Positions 30,135 to 42,281 are shown, counted from the stretch's first letter. The stretch is DNA of 64,000 nucleotides from Syntrophales bacterium (GCA_963662405.2 CAXXKT010000001.1:1632001-1696000), one strand, 5' to 3'. The notes: generated by a model from the sequence alone, not told the origin. Numbers and translations: made by a program.

Positions 30135-30419
30135 GTGGCGCGTTCAATAAAAAAAGGTCCTTATGTCAATGAAAAACTTCTGAAGAAGGTCCGGTCAGCG
30201 GAGACCTCAGGAAGCCGGGCGGTGATTAAAACGTGGTCTCGTCGTTCCATGGTTGCTCCCGAGTTGGTAGGCCATACCTTTGCGGTTCATAATGGAAAGA
30301 AGTTTATTCCCGTCTATGTAACCGAGGATATGGTCGGACATAAGCTGGGCGAATTTGCGCCGACAAGGACTTTTTATAGTCATGCGGGTGACCGGAAAAC
30401 AAGGTTGAAAAAGAGATAA
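30135..30419 (+). CDS. rpsS: 30S ribosomal protein S19
   Basis: [18 protein letters not shown]. Confidence 0.98.
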   Translation: MARSIKKGPYVNEKLLKKVRSAETSGSRAVIKTWSRRSMVAPELVGHTFAVHNGKKFIPVYVTEDMVGHKLGEFAPTRTFYSHAGDRKTRLKKR

Positions 30420-30437
30420 CCGCGGGGTTTATGACGG

Positions 30438-30776
30438 ATGGAAGCAAAGGCAGTTGTCAAATATGTTCGGATATCGCCGCAGAAGGCACGATTGGTGGTC
30501 GATCTGATCCGAGGGAAGAAGGTTGCTGAAGCGGATGCAAGGCTCGGGTTTACCGATAAAAAGGCAGCCCGTATAGTCAGGAAGGTCCTCAAGTCCGCGA
30601 TGGCGAATGCAGCCCAGAACCCCAATATCGACGAGAATATCCTCTACGTGCGAAAGATATTCGTGGATCAGGGTCCTGTACTGAAGCGATGGAGAGCGCG
30701 TGCACAGGGAAGAGCGGCGTCTATACGGAAGAGGACAAGCCACATTACGGTTATACTGGATGAGGGTAATCTCTAG
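30438..30776 (+). CDS. rplV: 50S ribosomal protein L22
   Basis: [24 protein letters not shown]. Confidence 0.98.
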   Translation: MEAKAVVKYVRISPQKARLVVDLIRGKKVAEADARLGFTDKKAARIVRKVLKSAMANAAQNPNIDENILYVRKIFVDQGPVLKRWRARAQGRAASIRKRTSHITVILDEGNL

Positions 30777-30788
30777 GGAGGTGAAGGT

Positions 30789-31442
30789 TTGGGACAGAAG
30801 GTAAATCCGATCGGGTTCAGATTGGGTGTTAATAAAACCTGGAATTCTCGGTGGTTCGCTGAAAGAAACTACAGTGAGCTCCTCCATGAAGATATACGGG
30901 TCAGGAAAGAAATAAAAACCAAGTTCTTTCATGCCGGGATATCACGGATAGAGATCGAGAGGGCGTCCGATAAGGCGAAGGTGAACATATACACCGCCCG
31001 CCCGGGGATCATCATCGGGCGGAAGGGGACCGAGATCGAGAAGATCAAAAAAGATCTTGAGAAGATCATGACGGGAGAGGTCATCATCAATATCCTGGAG
31101 GTTCGCAAACCCGAAACCGATGCCCAACTCGTGGCCGAAAATATCGCCCTTCAGCTTGTACGAAGAGTCAGTTTTAGAAGGGCTATGAAACGCGGGGTGA
31201 CCACGGCCCTGAAGTTTGGGGTCAAAGGAATCCGTGTGGCATGTGCGGGAAGATTGGGGGGTGCGGAGATGGCACGGCGGGAATGGTACCGTGAAGGAAG
31301 GGTTCCACTCCATACCCTGCGCGCGGATATCGATTATGGCTTTGCAGAGGCACGAACGACCTATGGAATTATCGGTGTCAAGGTTTTGATATTCAATGGT
31401 GAGGTCTTGCCGGAGAAGAGAGAAAGTCAGAGTCAGGTGTAA
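30789..31442 (+). CDS. rpsC: 30S ribosomal protein S3
   Basis: [26 protein letters not shown]. Confidence 0.98.
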   Translation: MGQKVNPIGFRLGVNKTWNSRWFAERNYSELLHEDIRVRKEIKTKFFHAGISRIEIERASDKAKVNIYTARPGIIIGRKGTEIEKIKKDLEKIMTGEVIINILEVRKPETDAQLVAENIALQLVRRVSFRRAMKRGVTTALKFGVKGIRVACAGRLGGAEMARREWYREGRVPLHTLRADIDYGFAEARTTYGIIGVKVLIFNGEVLPEKRESQSQV

Positions 31443-31460
31443 GGACAGGGATATATACTA

Positions 31461-31883
31461 ATGCTAGCACCAAAAAGAGTAAAATACAGGAAGATCCAGA
31501 AAGGGCGGATCAAGGGCGCGGCCCATAAGGGGCTGAAGGTGGATTTCGGTGAGTTTGGACTTCAGGCGATGGAAAGCGGCCGGATAACGGCCCGGCAGAT
31601 CGAATCCGCTCGTATTGCGATCACGCGTCATGTCAAACGTGGCGGCAAGATATGGATACGGGTTTTCCCGCACAAATCAATCACCCGAAAGCCGGCTGAA
31701 ACACGTATGGGTAAGGGAAAGGGATCACCCGAAGAATGGGTGGCCATCGTCAAAAAGGGGGCGATCCTATATGAGATGGAAGGGGTCCCTGAAGATGTGG
31801 CTCGTGAGGCATTGAGGTTGGCTTCGCACAAGCTTCCGGTGGCTACGAAGGTGCTATCGAGGGAGATTTTCGATGAAAATTAA
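31461..31883 (+). CDS. rplP: 50S ribosomal protein L16
   Basis: [12 protein letters not shown]. Confidence 0.98.
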   Translation: MLAPKRVKYRKIQKGRIKGAAHKGLKVDFGEFGLQAMESGRITARQIESARIAITRHVKRGGKIWIRVFPHKSITRKPAETRMGKGKGSPEEWVAIVKKGAILYEMEGVPEDVAREALRLASHKLPVATKVLSREIFDEN

Positions 31884-32067
31884 GGAAATCAGAGACCTGG
31901 GTGTGGATGAGTTGCAGGAAAAGGAAAGGGGCTTTGCTGAGGAGCTTTTCAGACTTCGCATCAGATTTGCGACGGGGCAGCTGGAGTCTTCATCTATGAT
32001 AAAGAGTGTAAAAAAGGATGTTGCCCGTGTAAAGACCGTTCTCAGGGAAAGAGGAGAGCTGAGGTAA
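31873..32067 (+). CDS. rpmC: 50S ribosomal protein L29
   Basis: [15 protein letters not shown]; synteny. Confidence 0.95.
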   Translation: MKIKEIRDLGVDELQEKERGFAEELFRLRIRFATGQLESSSMIKSVKKDVARVKTVLRERGELR

Positions 32068-32071
32068 TATA

Positions 32072-32329
32072 ATGGATACTAGGGGTGCCAAGAGGACAAT
32101 ACAGGGAATGGTGGTCAGCGACAAGATGGATAAGACGATAGTCGTTCTCACGGAGAGGCTGGTCAAGCATCCCAAGTTTCACAAGTACATAAAACGACAT
32201 GATAAATATAAGGCCCACGATAAAGATAACCGGTGCGGTCTGGGAGATACGGTATTGATAGCCGAGTCGCGTCCCTTCAGTAAGGAAAAGCGATGGACGG
32301 TACGCGAGATTTTAGAGAAGGCGAAATAA
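32072..32329 (+). CDS. rpsQ: 30S ribosomal protein S17
   Basis: [21 protein letters not shown]. Confidence 0.97.
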   Translation: MDTRGAKRTIQGMVVSDKMDKTIVVLTERLVKHPKFHKYIKRHDKYKAHDKDNRCGLGDTVLIAESRPFSKEKRWTVREILEKAK

Positions 32330-32341
32330 CGGGGTTTTGTC

Positions 32342-32710
32342 ATGATACAGATGCAAACCTTTTTAAAGGTAGCTGATAATTCAGGGGCCAAAAAAGTCTG
32401 TTGTATAAAAGTCCTCGGTGGTTCACGAAGGCGGTACGCCCGCATTGGAGATGTTATCGTCGTATCGGTGAAGGAGGCGATTCCCAATTCAAAGGTGAAG
32501 AAGGGGGATGTGCTGAAGGCCGTGGTTGTACGGACAAAGAGAGAGATAGGGCGGAATGATGGCTCATATGTCAAGTTTGACGAGAACTCCGCCGTGTTGA
32601 TCAATGACCAGCTCGAGCCGCTCGGCACACGGATATTTGGCCCTGTCGCGCGTGAGTTGCGGGCAAAGCAGTTTATGAAGATCGTATCCCTTGCCCCCGA
32701 AGTCATTTGA
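32342..32710 (+). CDS. rplN: 50S ribosomal protein L14
   Basis: [20 protein letters not shown]. Confidence 0.98.
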   Translation: MIQMQTFLKVADNSGAKKVCCIKVLGGSRRRYARIGDVIVVSVKEAIPNSKVKKGDVLKAVVVRTKREIGRNDGSYVKFDENSAVLINDQLEPLGTRIFGPVARELRAKQFMKIVSLAPEVI

Positions 32711-32725
32711 GGAATTGAACTGTTC

Positions 32726-33058
32726 GTGGTAGTGGAGAATCGTCCTATGCATATTAAGAAAAAGGATATGGTGCAGGTCATAGCTGGTCGGGAAAAAGGA
32801 AAGACCGGTAAGGTGATCGGTGTCACCAAGGAGAAAACCCGTGTGCTGGTTGAGAAGGTCAATCTGATAAAGAGGCATCAGAGACCTGACGCAAGGGGTC
32901 AGGGTGGTATTGTGGAAAAAGAAGCTCCCCTGCATCTTTCCAATGTCATGCTTTTTTGTAGTAAGTGTAATTCCGGTGTCAGGGTCGGATACAAGATGCT
33001 GGAGGATGGCAAGAAGGTGCGGGTTTGTAAAAAATGCCAAGAGCTGCTGGATGAATAG
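32726..33058 (+). CDS. rplX: 50S ribosomal protein L24 (start 32726 or 32747)
   Basis: [22 protein letters not shown]. Confidence 0.97.
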   Translation: MVVENRPMHIKKKDMVQVIAGREKGKTGKVIGVTKEKTRVLVEKVNLIKRHQRPDARGQGGIVEKEAPLHLSNVMLFCSKCNSGVRVGYKMLEDGKKVRVCKKCQELLDE

Positions 33059-33066
33059 GGAAAAGA

Positions 33067-33606
33067 ATGGCTAGATTAAAGCAATATTACAAAGAGGAAG
33101 TCACCCCTGCACTGATCAAGGAGTTTGGGTATAAAAACCTGATGCAGGTTCCCCGTCTTGAGAAGATCGTTGTGAACATGGGTTTGGGTGAGGCGATACA
33201 GAACAGCAAGATACTCGATAGTGCCGCCTCCGAGCTCGGCATGATTGTGGGGCAGCGGCCGGTCATTACCAAGGCGCGGAAGTCGATTGCGACTTTTAAA
33301 TTGCGTAAAGGCATGTCGATCGGCTGCATGGTAACCTTACGGCGAGAGAAGATGTATGAGTTCCTCGACCGGCTTGTCAACGTTGCTATCCCGCGCATAA
33401 GGGATTTCCGGGGAATCCTGCCCCGGTCGTTCGATGGAAGGGGAAACTTTTCCATGGGAATCAATGAACATTATATTTTTCCCGAGATCGACTATGACAA
33501 GATCGATAAGGTGAAGGGTTTGAATATCAGTATTGTAACGACGGCGAGGACGGACGATGAGGCTCGGCACCTTTTGAAGCTGATGGGTGTACCGTTTCGT
33601 AATTAG
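33067..33606 (+). CDS. rplE: 50S ribosomal protein L5
   Basis: [19 protein letters not shown]. Confidence 0.98.
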   Translation: MARLKQYYKEEVTPALIKEFGYKNLMQVPRLEKIVVNMGLGEAIQNSKILDSAASELGMIVGQRPVITKARKSIATFKLRKGMSIGCMVTLRREKMYEFLDRLVNVAIPRIRDFRGILPRSFDGRGNFSMGINEHYIFPEIDYDKIDKVKGLNISIVTTARTDDEARHLLKLMGVPFRN

Positions 33607-33617
33607 GAGGAATGGGT

Positions 33618-33803
33618 GTGGCGAAGAAATCCTTAATAGCAAAGGCCAAGGCGAAGAAGAAGTTCCCCGTACGGGAATATAATAGGTGCCCGCTGTGTGG
33701 AAGGCCTCGTGCTTATTACAGAAAATTTGATATGTGTCGGATATGCCTGAGAAAACGCTCCCTCAACGGGGAGGTCCCGGGTGTTATAAAATCAAGCTGG
33801 TAA
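33618..33803 (+). CDS. rpsN: 30S ribosomal protein S14 type Z
   Basis: CPLCGR...CRICLR; GTG start 7 nt after AGGAGG. Confidence 0.96.
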   Translation: MAKKSLIAKAKAKKKFPVREYNRCPLCGRPRAYYRKFDMCRICLRKRSLNGEVPGVIKSSW

Positions 33804-33815
33804 AGGAGAATCACA

Positions 33816-34220
33816 ATGGGGATGACCGATCCCGTTGCCGATATGCTGACAAGGATAAGAAATGCTAATCGCATGAGGTTTAAGAATGTGGATGTGTTCC
33901 TGTCGAAGGTGAACCTGAATCTTGCGAAGGTCTTAAAAGACGCGGGATATATAAATGGGTTTGATGTCAGGAAAGGTGATCAGAATCCGCATGGTATGTT
34001 GAGGATACATCTGCGCTATTCAACTGGAAAGGAAAGCGCAATCACCGATATCCAGAGGGTGAGTAAACCGAGCAGGCGGGTGTATGCCGGGAGTGCGGAT
34101 ATCCCCAAAGTCCTGAACGGTTATGGGGTAGCCATTCTTTCAACTTCCAAGGGGGTTATGACCGACAAGCAAGCACGTGACTTGCGCGTGGGTGGTGAGA
34201 TCCTCTGTAACGTTTGGTAA
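33816..34220 (+). CDS. rpsH: 30S ribosomal protein S8
   Basis: DPVADMLTRIRNA, ILSTSKG, GGEILC. Confidence 0.98.
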   Translation: MGMTDPVADMLTRIRNANRMRFKNVDVFLSKVNLNLAKVLKDAGYINGFDVRKGDQNPHGMLRIHLRYSTGKESAITDIQRVSKPSRRVYAGSADIPKVLNGYGVAILSTSKGVMTDKQARDLRVGGEILCNVW

Positions 34221-34262
34221 TAATAGCTTTTGGGACGGTAAGAGAGAGCGGGAGATGTATTC

Positions 34263-34802
34263 ATGTCGAGAATTGGCAAGAAACCGATAGATATTCCTGA
34301 TGGTGTCAAGATCAAGCAGCACGACTCATCAATGACGGTTGAGGGTCCCAGGGGGGTCCTTTCCATGGAAGTCCCGCAGGGCGTTGCGGTTGTTCAAGAG
34401 GGCCATACAGTCCTAGTCAAGGTCCTGGCCGATGATCGGAAGGGGCGGTCTCTGTACGGCCTTGTGAGGACGCTCGTGGCCAACATGGTTACCGGCGTGA
34501 GCACAGGGTTCGAAAAGGCGCTCGAGATTGTTGGTGTCGGATACCGGGGTGAGGTGCAAGGCGACGTGCTCAAGCTCCTGATCGGGTACTCAGATCCGGT
34601 AGAGTATGCCATACCTGAGGGGATTTCCGTGAGGGTAGACAAACAGGTTAACCTGGCGGTTTCAGGCATTGATAAGGAATTAGTCGGGAGGGTCGCGGCT
34701 CAGATACGAGACTTGAAGAAGCCTGAGCCGTATAAGGGAAAAGGGATTAGGTACGCAGGGGAGTATGTCAGGAAGAAGGTCGGAAAGTCTGCGGGGACAT
34801 AA
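34263..34802 (+). CDS. rplF: 50S ribosomal protein L6
   Basis: MSRIGKKP, PEPYKGKGIRY. Confidence 0.98.
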   Translation: MSRIGKKPIDIPDGVKIKQHDSSMTVEGPRGVLSMEVPQGVAVVQEGHTVLVKVLADDRKGRSLYGLVRTLVANMVTGVSTGFEKALEIVGVGYRGEVQGDVLKLLIGYSDPVEYAIPEGISVRVDKQVNLAVSGIDKELVGRVAAQIRDLKKPEPYKGKGIRYAGEYVRKKVGKSAGT

Positions 34803-34826
34803 TATCTTAATAGAGGGATTATTGCG

Positions 34827-35195
34827 GTGGCATCGAAAAAGAGATTGATAAAGATACGCGAAAGACGCGGAAAGCGGGTACGGGGTAAGATCTTTGGCAC
34901 CGAGACCCGACCACGGCTTTCGGTTTTTCGGAGTTCCAGATATATCTATGTCCAGGCCATTGCCGATGATGTGGGAAGGACTCTTGCCCATGCGTCGACG
35001 CTGAATGCGGAGATAAAGGCACAGATGAAGGGACTCAAGAAGAGCGAAGTGGCCCGGGAAGTCGGGAAGCTGTTGGCAAAAGACCTTCTTTCGAAAGAGA
35101 TAAAAGAAGCTGTTTTTGACCGAGGGCGGTTTCTCTATCATGGAAGGGTCAAGTGTCTCGCAGAAGGCGTACGAGAAATGGGCTTAAAATTATAA
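34827..35195 (+). CDS. rplR: 50S ribosomal protein L18
   Basis: [22 protein letters not shown]. Confidence 0.97.
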   Translation: MASKKRLIKIRERRGKRVRGKIFGTETRPRLSVFRSSRYIYVQAIADDVGRTLAHASTLNAEIKAQMKGLKKSEVAREVGKLLAKDLLSKEIKEAVFDRGRFLYHGRVKCLAEGVREMGLKL

Positions 35196-35199
35196 CTCT

Positions 35200-35700
35200 T
35201 TGAAGCTGGATACGGGGAATATGGAAGAGAACGAACTTCTTGACAAGGTAATCAAGATCAAAAGGACCGCCAAGGTGGTAAAGGGCGGTAGGAGGTTCCG
35301 CTTCAGTGCCGTGGTGGCGGTTGGTGACGGTAACGGCTCTGTTGGTGTTGGATTGGGAAAGGCTCATGAGGTTCCTGAGGCCATCAGGAAGGGAATGGAG
35401 ATGGCAAAGCGAAACATCGTGCAGGTATCCATTGCCGATGGGACCATTCCCCATGAGGTAATCGGCCACTATGGAGCCGGGAAGGTCCTTTTGAAACCAG
35501 CTTCCAAAGGAACGGGTCTTATTGCCGGTGGGGCGGTCAGGGCGATCTTGGAGGTGGCAGGCGTGCAGGATATTTTGACCAAGTGTCTTGGTTCCCATAA
35601 CCCTCATAACCTTGTTAAGGCAACAATGGAGGGTCTGAAGAGCCTTCGGGATCCAGCACGGATAGCTACCCTTCGGGGGAAGGATCTAGCTCAAATCTAA
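35200..35700 (+). CDS. rpsE: 30S ribosomal protein S5 (start 35200 or 35221)
   Basis: [19 protein letters not shown]. Confidence 0.98.
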   Translation: MKLDTGNMEENELLDKVIKIKRTAKVVKGGRRFRFSAVVAVGDGNGSVGVGLGKAHEVPEAIRKGMEMAKRNIVQVSIADGTIPHEVIGHYGAGKVLLKPASKGTGLIAGGAVRAILEVAGVQDILTKCLGSHNPHNLVKATMEGLKSLRDPARIATLRGKDLAQI

Positions 35701-35725
35701 CGATTGGTAATATGGAGCGTAGGTT

Positions 35726-35917
35726 GTGAAACGACTTAAGATTGAGTTGATAAGAAGTTCCATAGGGCGACCTCAAGCGCAGAGGGATGTCCTGCTGGGG
35801 ATGGGGCTGAGGAAGATGCATAGGACGGTGTACCTGATGGACACACCGGAGATACGGGGGATGGTCAGGAAGGTATCCCATCTGGTTTCTGTGGAAGAAT
35901 GTGAGATGGAAGCATGA
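35726..35917 (+). CDS. rpmD: 50S ribosomal protein L30
   Basis: [18 protein letters not shown]. Confidence 0.95.
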   Translation: MKRLKIELIRSSIGRPQAQRDVLLGMGLRKMHRTVYLMDTPEIRGMVRKVSHLVSVEECEMEA

Positions 35918-36354
35918 AGCTGAATGAATTGAAGCCCGCCGAAGGGGCCACGAAAAAGCGGAAGCGAGTTGGGCGTGGCGACGGCTCTGGACATGGTGGG
36001 ACATCCTGTCGCGGTTCGAAAGGTCAGAATGCGCGGTCTGGCGGTGGTGTCAGGCCCGGTTTTGAGGGCGGGCAGATGCCCCTTTCAAGGCGTTTGCCTA
36101 AGCGGGGATTTTACAATCGATTCAGAAAAGAGTTTGTGATCGTCAATATCGGGCAATTGTCTGTGTTCCCGGCGGATTCCGTTGTGGATATCGATTCCTT
36201 GGTACAGAAAGGTATCGTAAAAAAGACAGGTGATGCTGTTAAGATACTCGGAAAAGGCACAATCGAACATCCCCTGACGATCAGGGCCAACGGTATAAGC
36301 CGTGGAGCCCGCGAGAAGATCGAGGCTTTGGGGGGTAAGGTAGAGGTTGCTTGA
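35914..36354 (+). CDS. rplO: 50S ribosomal protein L15
   Basis: [18 protein letters not shown]. Confidence 0.98.
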   Translation: MKLNELKPAEGATKKRKRVGRGDGSGHGGTSCRGSKGQNARSGGGVRPGFEGGQMPLSRRLPKRGFYNRFRKEFVIVNIGQLSVFPADSVVDIDSLVQKGIVKKTGDAVKILGKGTIEHPLTIRANGISRGAREKIEALGGKVEVA

Positions 36355-37661
36355 TGATCGGTGGTTTTAAGAACATTAGCAAGATTCCGGAGTTGCAGAG
36401 GAAGATTCTTTTTACCTTTCTCCTTCTTGCCGTGTACCGGATTGGTGTTCATGTCCCAACCCCTGGAATAGATACGCAAGCACTCGCCGCCCTGTTCGAA
36501 CAGGCGAAAAACTCCTTACTGGGGCTCTTTGACATGTTTGCGGGGGGGGCGCTGAGCAGGCTTTCAGTATTTGCGCTGGGGATCATGCCGTACATCAGCG
36601 CGTCCATCATACTGCAGCTTTTGACGGTGGCCGTTCCGCATCTCGAGAAATTATCGAAAGAAGGTGACGCTGGACGGAGGAAGATTACACAGTATACGAG
36701 GTATGGAACCGTTATACTGAGTATTATCCAAGGTTTCGGAATAGCCGTTGGCTTGGAGAACATGGCGGGACCGGGTGGTCTGTCCGTTGTTATTACTCCG
36801 GGTTGGGCGTTCCGCCTGATGACCGTGATTACGTTGGCTGCCGGTACGTCCTTTATCATGTGGTTGGGTGAGACGATTACCGAGAAGGGCATTGGGAACG
36901 GTATATCCCTGATCATCTTCGCGGGGATTGTCTGTAGGGGGCCGGCCGCCGTGGTGAATACCTTCCGTCTGTTATCGACCGGTGAGATGGGGATTTTCTT
37001 CGTCGTGATTCTCCTCGTGTTGATGATTGGTGTTGTCGGCGTCATTGTTTTTGTGGAGAGTGCTCAGAGGCGGATTCCTGTCCAGTATGCGAAAAGAGTT
37101 GTTGGAAGGAAGATGTATGGTGGACAGACGACTCACCTGCCGCTGAAGATCAATACGGCAGGTGTTATTCCGCCCATTTTCGCTTCGTCGATTATTATGT
37201 TCCCGGCTACCATTGCGAACTTTGTTCCGCATCCGTGGATGCAGGCCATGGCGGGGGCACTGATGCCGGGGAAGATCGTGTATGAACTCCTCTACGTGGC
37301 ATTGATCTTCTTTTTCTGCTATTTCTATACGGCCGTTACGTTCAATCCGGTCAATGTGGCAGATAATATGAAAAAATACGGTGGTTATGTGCCGGGTATT
37401 CGTCCGGGGAAGAAGACCGCCGAATATATCGATAGCGTGTTGACTCGCCTTACCTTCAGTGGAGCGATCTATGTTTCTGCTGTGTGTGTTCTGCCCAGTG
37501 TGTTGATTAGTAATTTCAATGTTCCTTTTTATTTTGGCGGGACAGCCCTCCTGATTGTTGTTGGTGTAGCTCTGGATACTGCCGGTCAGGTAGAGACGCA
37601 TCTTCTTACGAGACAGTATGAAGGTTTTATGAAAAAGGGCAGAATCGGTAGAAGGCGCTGA
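36354..37661 (+). CDS. secY: Preprotein translocase subunit SecY
   Basis: [29 protein letters not shown]. Confidence 0.99.
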   Translation: MIGGFKNISKIPELQRKILFTFLLLAVYRIGVHVPTPGIDTQALAALFEQAKNSLLGLFDMFAGGALSRLSVFALGIMPYISASIILQLLTVAVPHLEKLSKEGDAGRRKITQYTRYGTVILSIIQGFGIAVGLENMAGPGGLSVVITPGWAFRLMTVITLAAGTSFIMWLGETITEKGIGNGISLIIFAGIVCRGPAAVVNTFRLLSTGEMGIFFVVILLVLMIGVVGVIVFVESAQRRIPVQYAKRVVGRKMYGGQTTHLPLKINTAGVIPPIFASSIIMFPATIANFVPHPWMQAMAGALMPGKIVYELLYVALIFFFCYFYTAVTFNPVNVADNMKKYGGYVPGIRPGKKTAEYIDSVLTRLTFSGAIYVSAVCVLPSVLISNFNVPFYFGGTALLIVVGVALDTAGQVETHLLTRQYEGFMKKGRIGRRR

Positions 37662-37687
37662 CGCAGCCGTATGAGGTGACGCGGTAG

Positions 37688-38437
37688 ATGATTATTCTCA
37701 AGTCTCCCGAAGAGATACAGAAAATGGGAGAATGTAACGCAATAGTTGCAGAAGTGTTGTCTGGATTGCAGGAAAGGGTGAAGCCCGGAGTATCGACCGC
37801 GGAGTTGGATAGATTTGCTGAGGAACTGACACGAAAGAGGGGCGCGCGGCCCGCTTTTAAGGGATATGGCGGTTTTCCCTTTGCGCTGTGTGCTTCGATA
37901 AATTCCGAGGTAGTGCATGGGTTTCCTTCAGATGGTTTGCTGAAGGAGGGGGATATTGTCAGTCTTGATTATGGTGCCTTTTATAACGGATTTTACGGGG
38001 ATTCAGCTATCACGGTTGCGGTGGGAAAGGTATCAAGCTCGGCCACGAAATTGATGCAGGTGACGGAAGAGGCGCTGTACCGAGGTATAGAAATGGCGCG
38101 AGCGGGGAACCGGTTAGGCGATGTCTCTTCTGCCGTGCAAGTTCATGCGGAAAGTGCTGGATTTTCGGTAGTGCGTGACTATGTTGGTCATGGAATCGGG
38201 AAGGGCCTCCACGAAGACCCGCCGGTTCCCAACTTTGGGGTGAGCGGCCGCGGCGTTAAACTGAGGGATGGCATGGTGATTGCGATAGAACCCATGGTGA
38301 ACGAGGGGACGTACGCGGTTAAGGTGAAGCCTGATGGATGGACTGTTGTAACCGAGGATGGTGGTCTATCGGCTCATTTTGAACACACGGTGGCGGTGAC
38401 GGAAGACGGGCCTGTGATATTGAGTGACAGGACATAG
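37688..38437 (+). CDS. map: Methionine aminopeptidase type I
   Basis: VVHGFP, GHGIG, HEDP, AIEPM, SAHFEHT. Confidence 0.97.
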   Translation: MIILKSPEEIQKMGECNAIVAEVLSGLQERVKPGVSTAELDRFAEELTRKRGARPAFKGYGGFPFALCASINSEVVHGFPSDGLLKEGDIVSLDYGAFYNGFYGDSAITVAVGKVSSSATKLMQVTEEALYRGIEMARAGNRLGDVSSAVQVHAESAGFSVVRDYVGHGIGKGLHEDPPVPNFGVSGRGVKLRDGMVIAIEPMVNEGTYAVKVKPDGWTVVTEDGGLSAHFEHTVAVTEDGPVILSDRT

Positions 38438-38476
38438 GGGTGGGTCGGCGTACTGTACCCCTGACGAGGTGATCAC

Positions 38477-38695
38477 ATGGCTAAAGAAGATGCAATAACT
38501 GTTGAGGGTACGGTGTTGGAACCGTTGCCGAATGCGATGTTTCGAGTTGAACTGGAGAATGGTCACCGTGTTCTCGCGCATATTTCGGGAAAGATGAGGA
38601 TGCATTTTATCAAGATATTGCCGGGAGATAAGGTGACGGTTGAATTGTCACCATACGACCTGACCCGAGGCAGAATTACCTACCGATCTAAATAA
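38477..38695 (+). CDS. infA: Translation initiation factor IF-1
   Basis: [26 protein letters not shown]. Confidence 0.98.
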   Translation: MAKEDAITVEGTVLEPLPNAMFRVELENGHRVLAHISGKMRMHFIKILPGDKVTVELSPYDLTRGRITYRSK

Positions 38696-38718
38696 AATGA
38701 GCTGGGAGTGAGAGAATC

Positions 38719-38832
38719 GTGAAAGTGAGAGCATCCGTTAAGAAGATTTGTGATAAGTGTAAGGTGATTAAGAGACGTGGCGTTGTCAGAGTCATATGCG
38801 AAAATCCGAAACACAAACAGCGTCAGGGATAA
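38719..38832 (+). CDS. rpmJ: 50S ribosomal protein L36 (missing from ORF track)
   Basis: Manual translation [37 protein letters not shown]. Confidence 0.97.
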   Translation: MKVRASVKKICDKCKVIKRRGVVRVICENPKHKQRQG

Positions 38833-38851
38833 CCGGCGGGAGGTTGCATAG

Positions 38852-39220
38852 GTGGCACGAATAGCAGGGGTCGATTTACCCAAAAACAAGAGAATGGAGA
38901 TAGCCCTAACGTATATTTACGGTATAGGGAGGTCAAAGTCCCAAAAGATCCTGGAAGAAGCCGGGATCGATTTTAACACCAAGACCGACAATCTTCTTGA
39001 TGAACAGGTCACCGCCATTCGGGATATTATAGATAAAGATTGTAAGGTTGAAGGCGATCTGAGGCGGGAGATCAGCATGTCCATCAAGCGTCTTATGGAT
39101 ATTGGTACCTACAGAGGGCTTCGTCACCGGAAGGGGCTTCCCGTGAGGGGGCAGAGGACCTGTACCAACGCACGAACACGAAAGGGTCCGCGGAAGGCCG
39201 TGGGAGGGAAACGAAAGTAA
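38852..39220 (+). CDS. rpsM: 30S ribosomal protein S13
   Basis: [18 protein letters not shown]. Confidence 0.98.
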   Translation: MARIAGVDLPKNKRMEIALTYIYGIGRSKSQKILEEAGIDFNTKTDNLLDEQVTAIRDIIDKDCKVEGDLRREISMSIKRLMDIGTYRGLRHRKGLPVRGQRTCTNARTRKGPRKAVGGKRK

Positions 39221-39268
39221 AACGAGCGGAGGTCACGAAACTGGAAGGGATCTCTACCGGGAGGAACA

Positions 39269-39661
39269 ATGGCTCAACCGAAAAAGAGAACGGTCAAGAA
39301 AAAGGAAAAAAAGAACATCTCTGATGGGATTGCACATATTCAGTCGACGTTCAACAATACGATCGTAACTATTACGGATCTCAGTGGCAATGTCATTGCC
39401 TGGTCGTCGGGTGGTGGGCAGGGCTTCAAGGGTTCGCGAAAGAGCACACCCTTCGCCGCGCAACTTACTGCCACTGATGCGGTAAAAAAGGCAAGGGTGC
39501 ATGGACTGAGGAATGTGCAGGTTTATATGAAAGGCCCTGGTTCAGGGAGGGAGTCGGCTCTGAGGGCGTTACAGGCTGCTGGCCTCAACATCAGTTTGAT
39601 AAGGGACGTAACGCCGATTCCGCATAATGGCTGCCGCCCGCCTAAGAGGAGACGGGTCTAA
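39269..39661 (+). CDS. rpsK: 30S ribosomal protein S11
   Basis: [27 protein letters not shown]. Confidence 0.98.
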   Translation: MAQPKKRTVKKKEKKNISDGIAHIQSTFNNTIVTITDLSGNVIAWSSGGGQGFKGSRKSTPFAAQLTATDAVKKARVHGLRNVQVYMKGPGSGRESALRALQAAGLNISLIRDVTPIPHNGCRPPKRRRV

Positions 39662-39714
39662 GCACCGTTTTGCCGGATTCGAGTACATTACATACAGGTA
39701 AGTGGAGGAGTATT

Positions 39715-40347
39715 TTGGCCAGATACAGAGGATCTTTATGCAGACTATGCCGAGCTGAGGGGGCGAAGCTCTTTCTCAAAGGGGACAGGTGTTACAGTGA
39801 TAAGTGCGCCTTCGAACGGAGAGGGTATATCCCCGGGGAACATGGGCAGATCAAGTTTAGACGTAAGCTGTCCGATTACGGCACTCAGCTGAGAGAGAAG
39901 CAGAAGCTGAAGAGAACCTTCGGTCTTCTCGAAAAATCGTTTAAGGGTTGTTTTGAGAGGGCGGAAAGACAGAAAGGGGTTACCGGCACGAACCTGTTGC
40001 TTCTCTTGGAACGAAGGCTGGATAATATGGTCTATCGGTTGGGATTTGCAAATTCCAGAGGCGAAGCGAGACAGCTCGTGAGACATAACCATTTTCTGGT
40101 GAATGGCAAGAAAGTAAATATCCCCTCATATCTTGTGAAGGTGGGTGATACGGTACAGGTGAAAGAGAAAAGCAAGAAGATTGCTACGATACTCGATGCT
40201 GTGGAAACCGTTGCCAGACGCGGTGTGCCCGAATGGCTGGAGATGGATAAAGAAAAATTTGCAGGTGTTGTCAAGGCGTTGCCCACTCGGGAAGAGTTGA
40301 CCATGCCCATTCAAGAGCAGTTGGTGGTAGAGTTCTACTCAAAGTAA
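39715..40347 (+). CDS. rpsD: 30S ribosomal protein S4
   Basis: TTG after [32 protein letters not shown]. Confidence 0.98.
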   Translation: MARYRGSLCRLCRAEGAKLFLKGDRCYSDKCAFERRGYIPGEHGQIKFRRKLSDYGTQLREKQKLKRTFGLLEKSFKGCFERAERQKGVTGTNLLLLLERRLDNMVYRLGFANSRGEARQLVRHNHFLVNGKKVNIPSYLVKVGDTVQVKEKSKKIATILDAVETVARRGVPEWLEMDKEKFAGVVKALPTREELTMPIQEQLVVEFYSK

Positions 40348-40373
40348 ACCCTTGACTATGAGGAACGAGTAAT

Positions 40374-41378
40374 ATGGAGAAAAACTGGCGGAGCCTTATA
40401 AAACCGAAGAGAATAGAAGTGGACGAGAAGACCCATACGGCGTCGTATGGCGAATTTACCTGTCAACCCTTGGAGAAGGGATTTGGGATCACCTTGGGGA
40501 ATGCGTTGAGGAGGATTCTCCTGTCGTCCATTTACGGAGCAGCAGTTACGTCGGTGAGATTTGATGGTGTGCTCCACGAATTCTCCAGTATATCCGGTGT
40601 AAAAGAGGACGTATCCGATATAATTCTCAATATGAAGGGGGTACGACTGAAGTTGAACGAAGATGCTCCACGGACCCTCCATATTGACGTGTCCGGTGGA
40701 GGAATCGTTACGGCAGGGGATATTATCATCGATGAAACGGTCGAGATCCTCAATCCAGATCATCACTTGGCGACCCTCTCGGATAAGGCCGTATTTAAAG
40801 CCGATCTGACAGCTGATATCGGAAGGGGATATGTCCCCGCCAGCAAGGAGGGAGATCCCGGGCAGCCTGAGGGTACAATCAACATAGATGCTCTGTTCTC
40901 GCCCATCAAAAAGGTTTCGTATACCGTCTCAAACGCTCGAGTCGGTCAGATAACGGATTATGACAAACTGGTACTTGAGCTCTGGACAGATGGGAGCGTG
41001 CTTCCCGAGGAGGCTGCTGCGTATGCGGCCAAGATACTGAAAGAGCAGGTCAGTGTATTCATCAATTTCGATGAGCCGGAAGAGGTCGAGCACGCCGAGG
41101 AGGTCGAAGAAGAGAGTCATGTCAACGAAAATCTCCTTAAGGGTGTGGATGACTTGGAACTGTCTGTGCGGTCGGCCAATTGTTTGAAAAATGCCGGTAT
41201 TCAATATATCGGTGAGCTTGTTCAAAAGACGGAAGCGGAGATGCTCAAAACGAAAAACTTTGGGCGAAAATCTCTGAACGAGATTAAGGAAATGCTCTCC
41301 GAGATGGGTCTCAGCCTCGGCAGCAAGGTGGATTTTCATCTTCCCGGCAGAGAAGAGCAAAGGAACACGGAAGAATAA
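40374..41378 (+). CDS. rpoA: RNA polymerase alpha subunit
   Basis: [36 protein letters not shown]. Confidence 0.99.
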   Translation: MEKNWRSLIKPKRIEVDEKTHTASYGEFTCQPLEKGFGITLGNALRRILLSSIYGAAVTSVRFDGVLHEFSSISGVKEDVSDIILNMKGVRLKLNEDAPRTLHIDVSGGGIVTAGDIIIDETVEILNPDHHLATLSDKAVFKADLTADIGRGYVPASKEGDPGQPEGTINIDALFSPIKKVSYTVSNARVGQITDYDKLVLELWTDGSVLPEEAAAYAAKILKEQVSVFINFDEPEEVEHAEEVEEESHVNENLLKGVDDLELSVRSANCLKNAGIQYIGELVQKTEAEMLKTKNFGRKSLNEIKEMLSEMGLSLGSKVDFHLPGREEQRNTEE

Positions 41379-41400
41379 TTGTGTAAAGGGGTACGACATA

Positions 41401-41799
41401 ATGCGACACAGGAGAGCGGGAAGGAGACTGGGTAGAACGTCAAGTCACAGGAAGGCCATGATGAGAAACCTGGTTACGTCCCTTTTGGATCATGAAAGGA
41501 TCACCACAACGGACGCAAAGGCCAAAGAACTGCGGGGTGTTGCCGATAAGATGATAACCTTGGGAAAGCGGGGGACGCTCCACGCGCGAAGACAGGCCCT
41601 GTCATTTATACGGGACAGCCGCGTGACGAAGAAGGTGTTCGAGGAGTTGTCTCCCCGATACACTGAAAGGATGGGGGGGTATACGCGAATTGTCAAGGTG
41701 GGTACCCGCGATGGAGACAACGCCCTTCTCTCCATTATAGAGCTGATGCCGGAGGGCGAAACGAAAAAGAGTGGAAAAAAGAAAAAAGCCTTGAAATAG
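41401..41799 (+). CDS. rplQ: 50S ribosomal protein L17
   Basis: MRHR..GRRLGR, GGYTRI. Confidence 0.98.
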   Translation: MRHRRAGRRLGRTSSHRKAMMRNLVTSLLDHERITTTDAKAKELRGVADKMITLGKRGTLHARRQALSFIRDSRVTKKVFEELSPRYTERMGGYTRIVKVGTRDGDNALLSIIELMPEGETKKSGKKKKALK

Positions 41800-41817
41800 T
41801 GATTATACGTGTTTTTT

Positions 41818-41848
41818 AAAAGGGCAGGGAGCTAACCTGCCCTTTTTT
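41818..41848 (+). terminator. Intrinsic terminator ending the alpha operon
   Basis: AAAAGGGCAGG-GAGCTAA-CCTGCCCTTTTTT. Confidence 0.9.
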
Positions 41849-41853
41849 ATTGC

Positions 41854-41881
41854 TTGATTTTTCATTGGAAGGAGCTATAAT
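41854..41881 (+). promoter_or_regulatory. Putative sigma70 promoter
   Basis: TTGATT-N16-TATAAT. Confidence 0.5.
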
Positions 41882-41946
41882 CAGCAAAGGTAATAGTAGG
41901 AATGATTTGTGATGCTATTTCTGAGCGGATACAGGGAGGATGAGTC

Positions 41947-42207
41947 ATGGGAGAGGAGAAAGTTGGAGAGGTTATGAAGTTTTTTTCGAAACCCAGTGTC
42001 GCAGCCGTTAAGATTACAGCAGGTGAGGTATTGGTTGGTGATACCCTCAAGTTCAACGGCCATACTACCGATTTTGCAGACACGATTGCCTCGATGGAAA
42101 TTGATAACGCACAGGTGGAAAAGGCCACGGCGGGAGATTATATCGGTATTAAGGTCTCCGATCGTGTCCGTCCCGGTGATGAGGTGTTCAAGGTCATACC
42201 CGAGTAG
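41947..42207 (+). CDS. Small stand-alone beta-barrel protein (translation elongation factor domain II-like / peptidase U32 C-terminal-like)
   Basis: RBS GGAGG; VGEVMKFFSKPSVAAV, VGDTLKF, SMEID..QVEKATAGDYIGIKV..RVRPGDEVF. Confidence 0.75.
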   Translation: MGEEKVGEVMKFFSKPSVAAVKITAGEVLVGDTLKFNGHTTDFADTIASMEIDNAQVEKATAGDYIGIKVSDRVRPGDEVFKVIPE

Positions 42208-42281
42208 TCTCTAATAACGCGTTTCGTGTGAAGGCATGGATCGAAACCCTGAAAGGGTGGTCTATGCGGTGAGTTTTCTGG

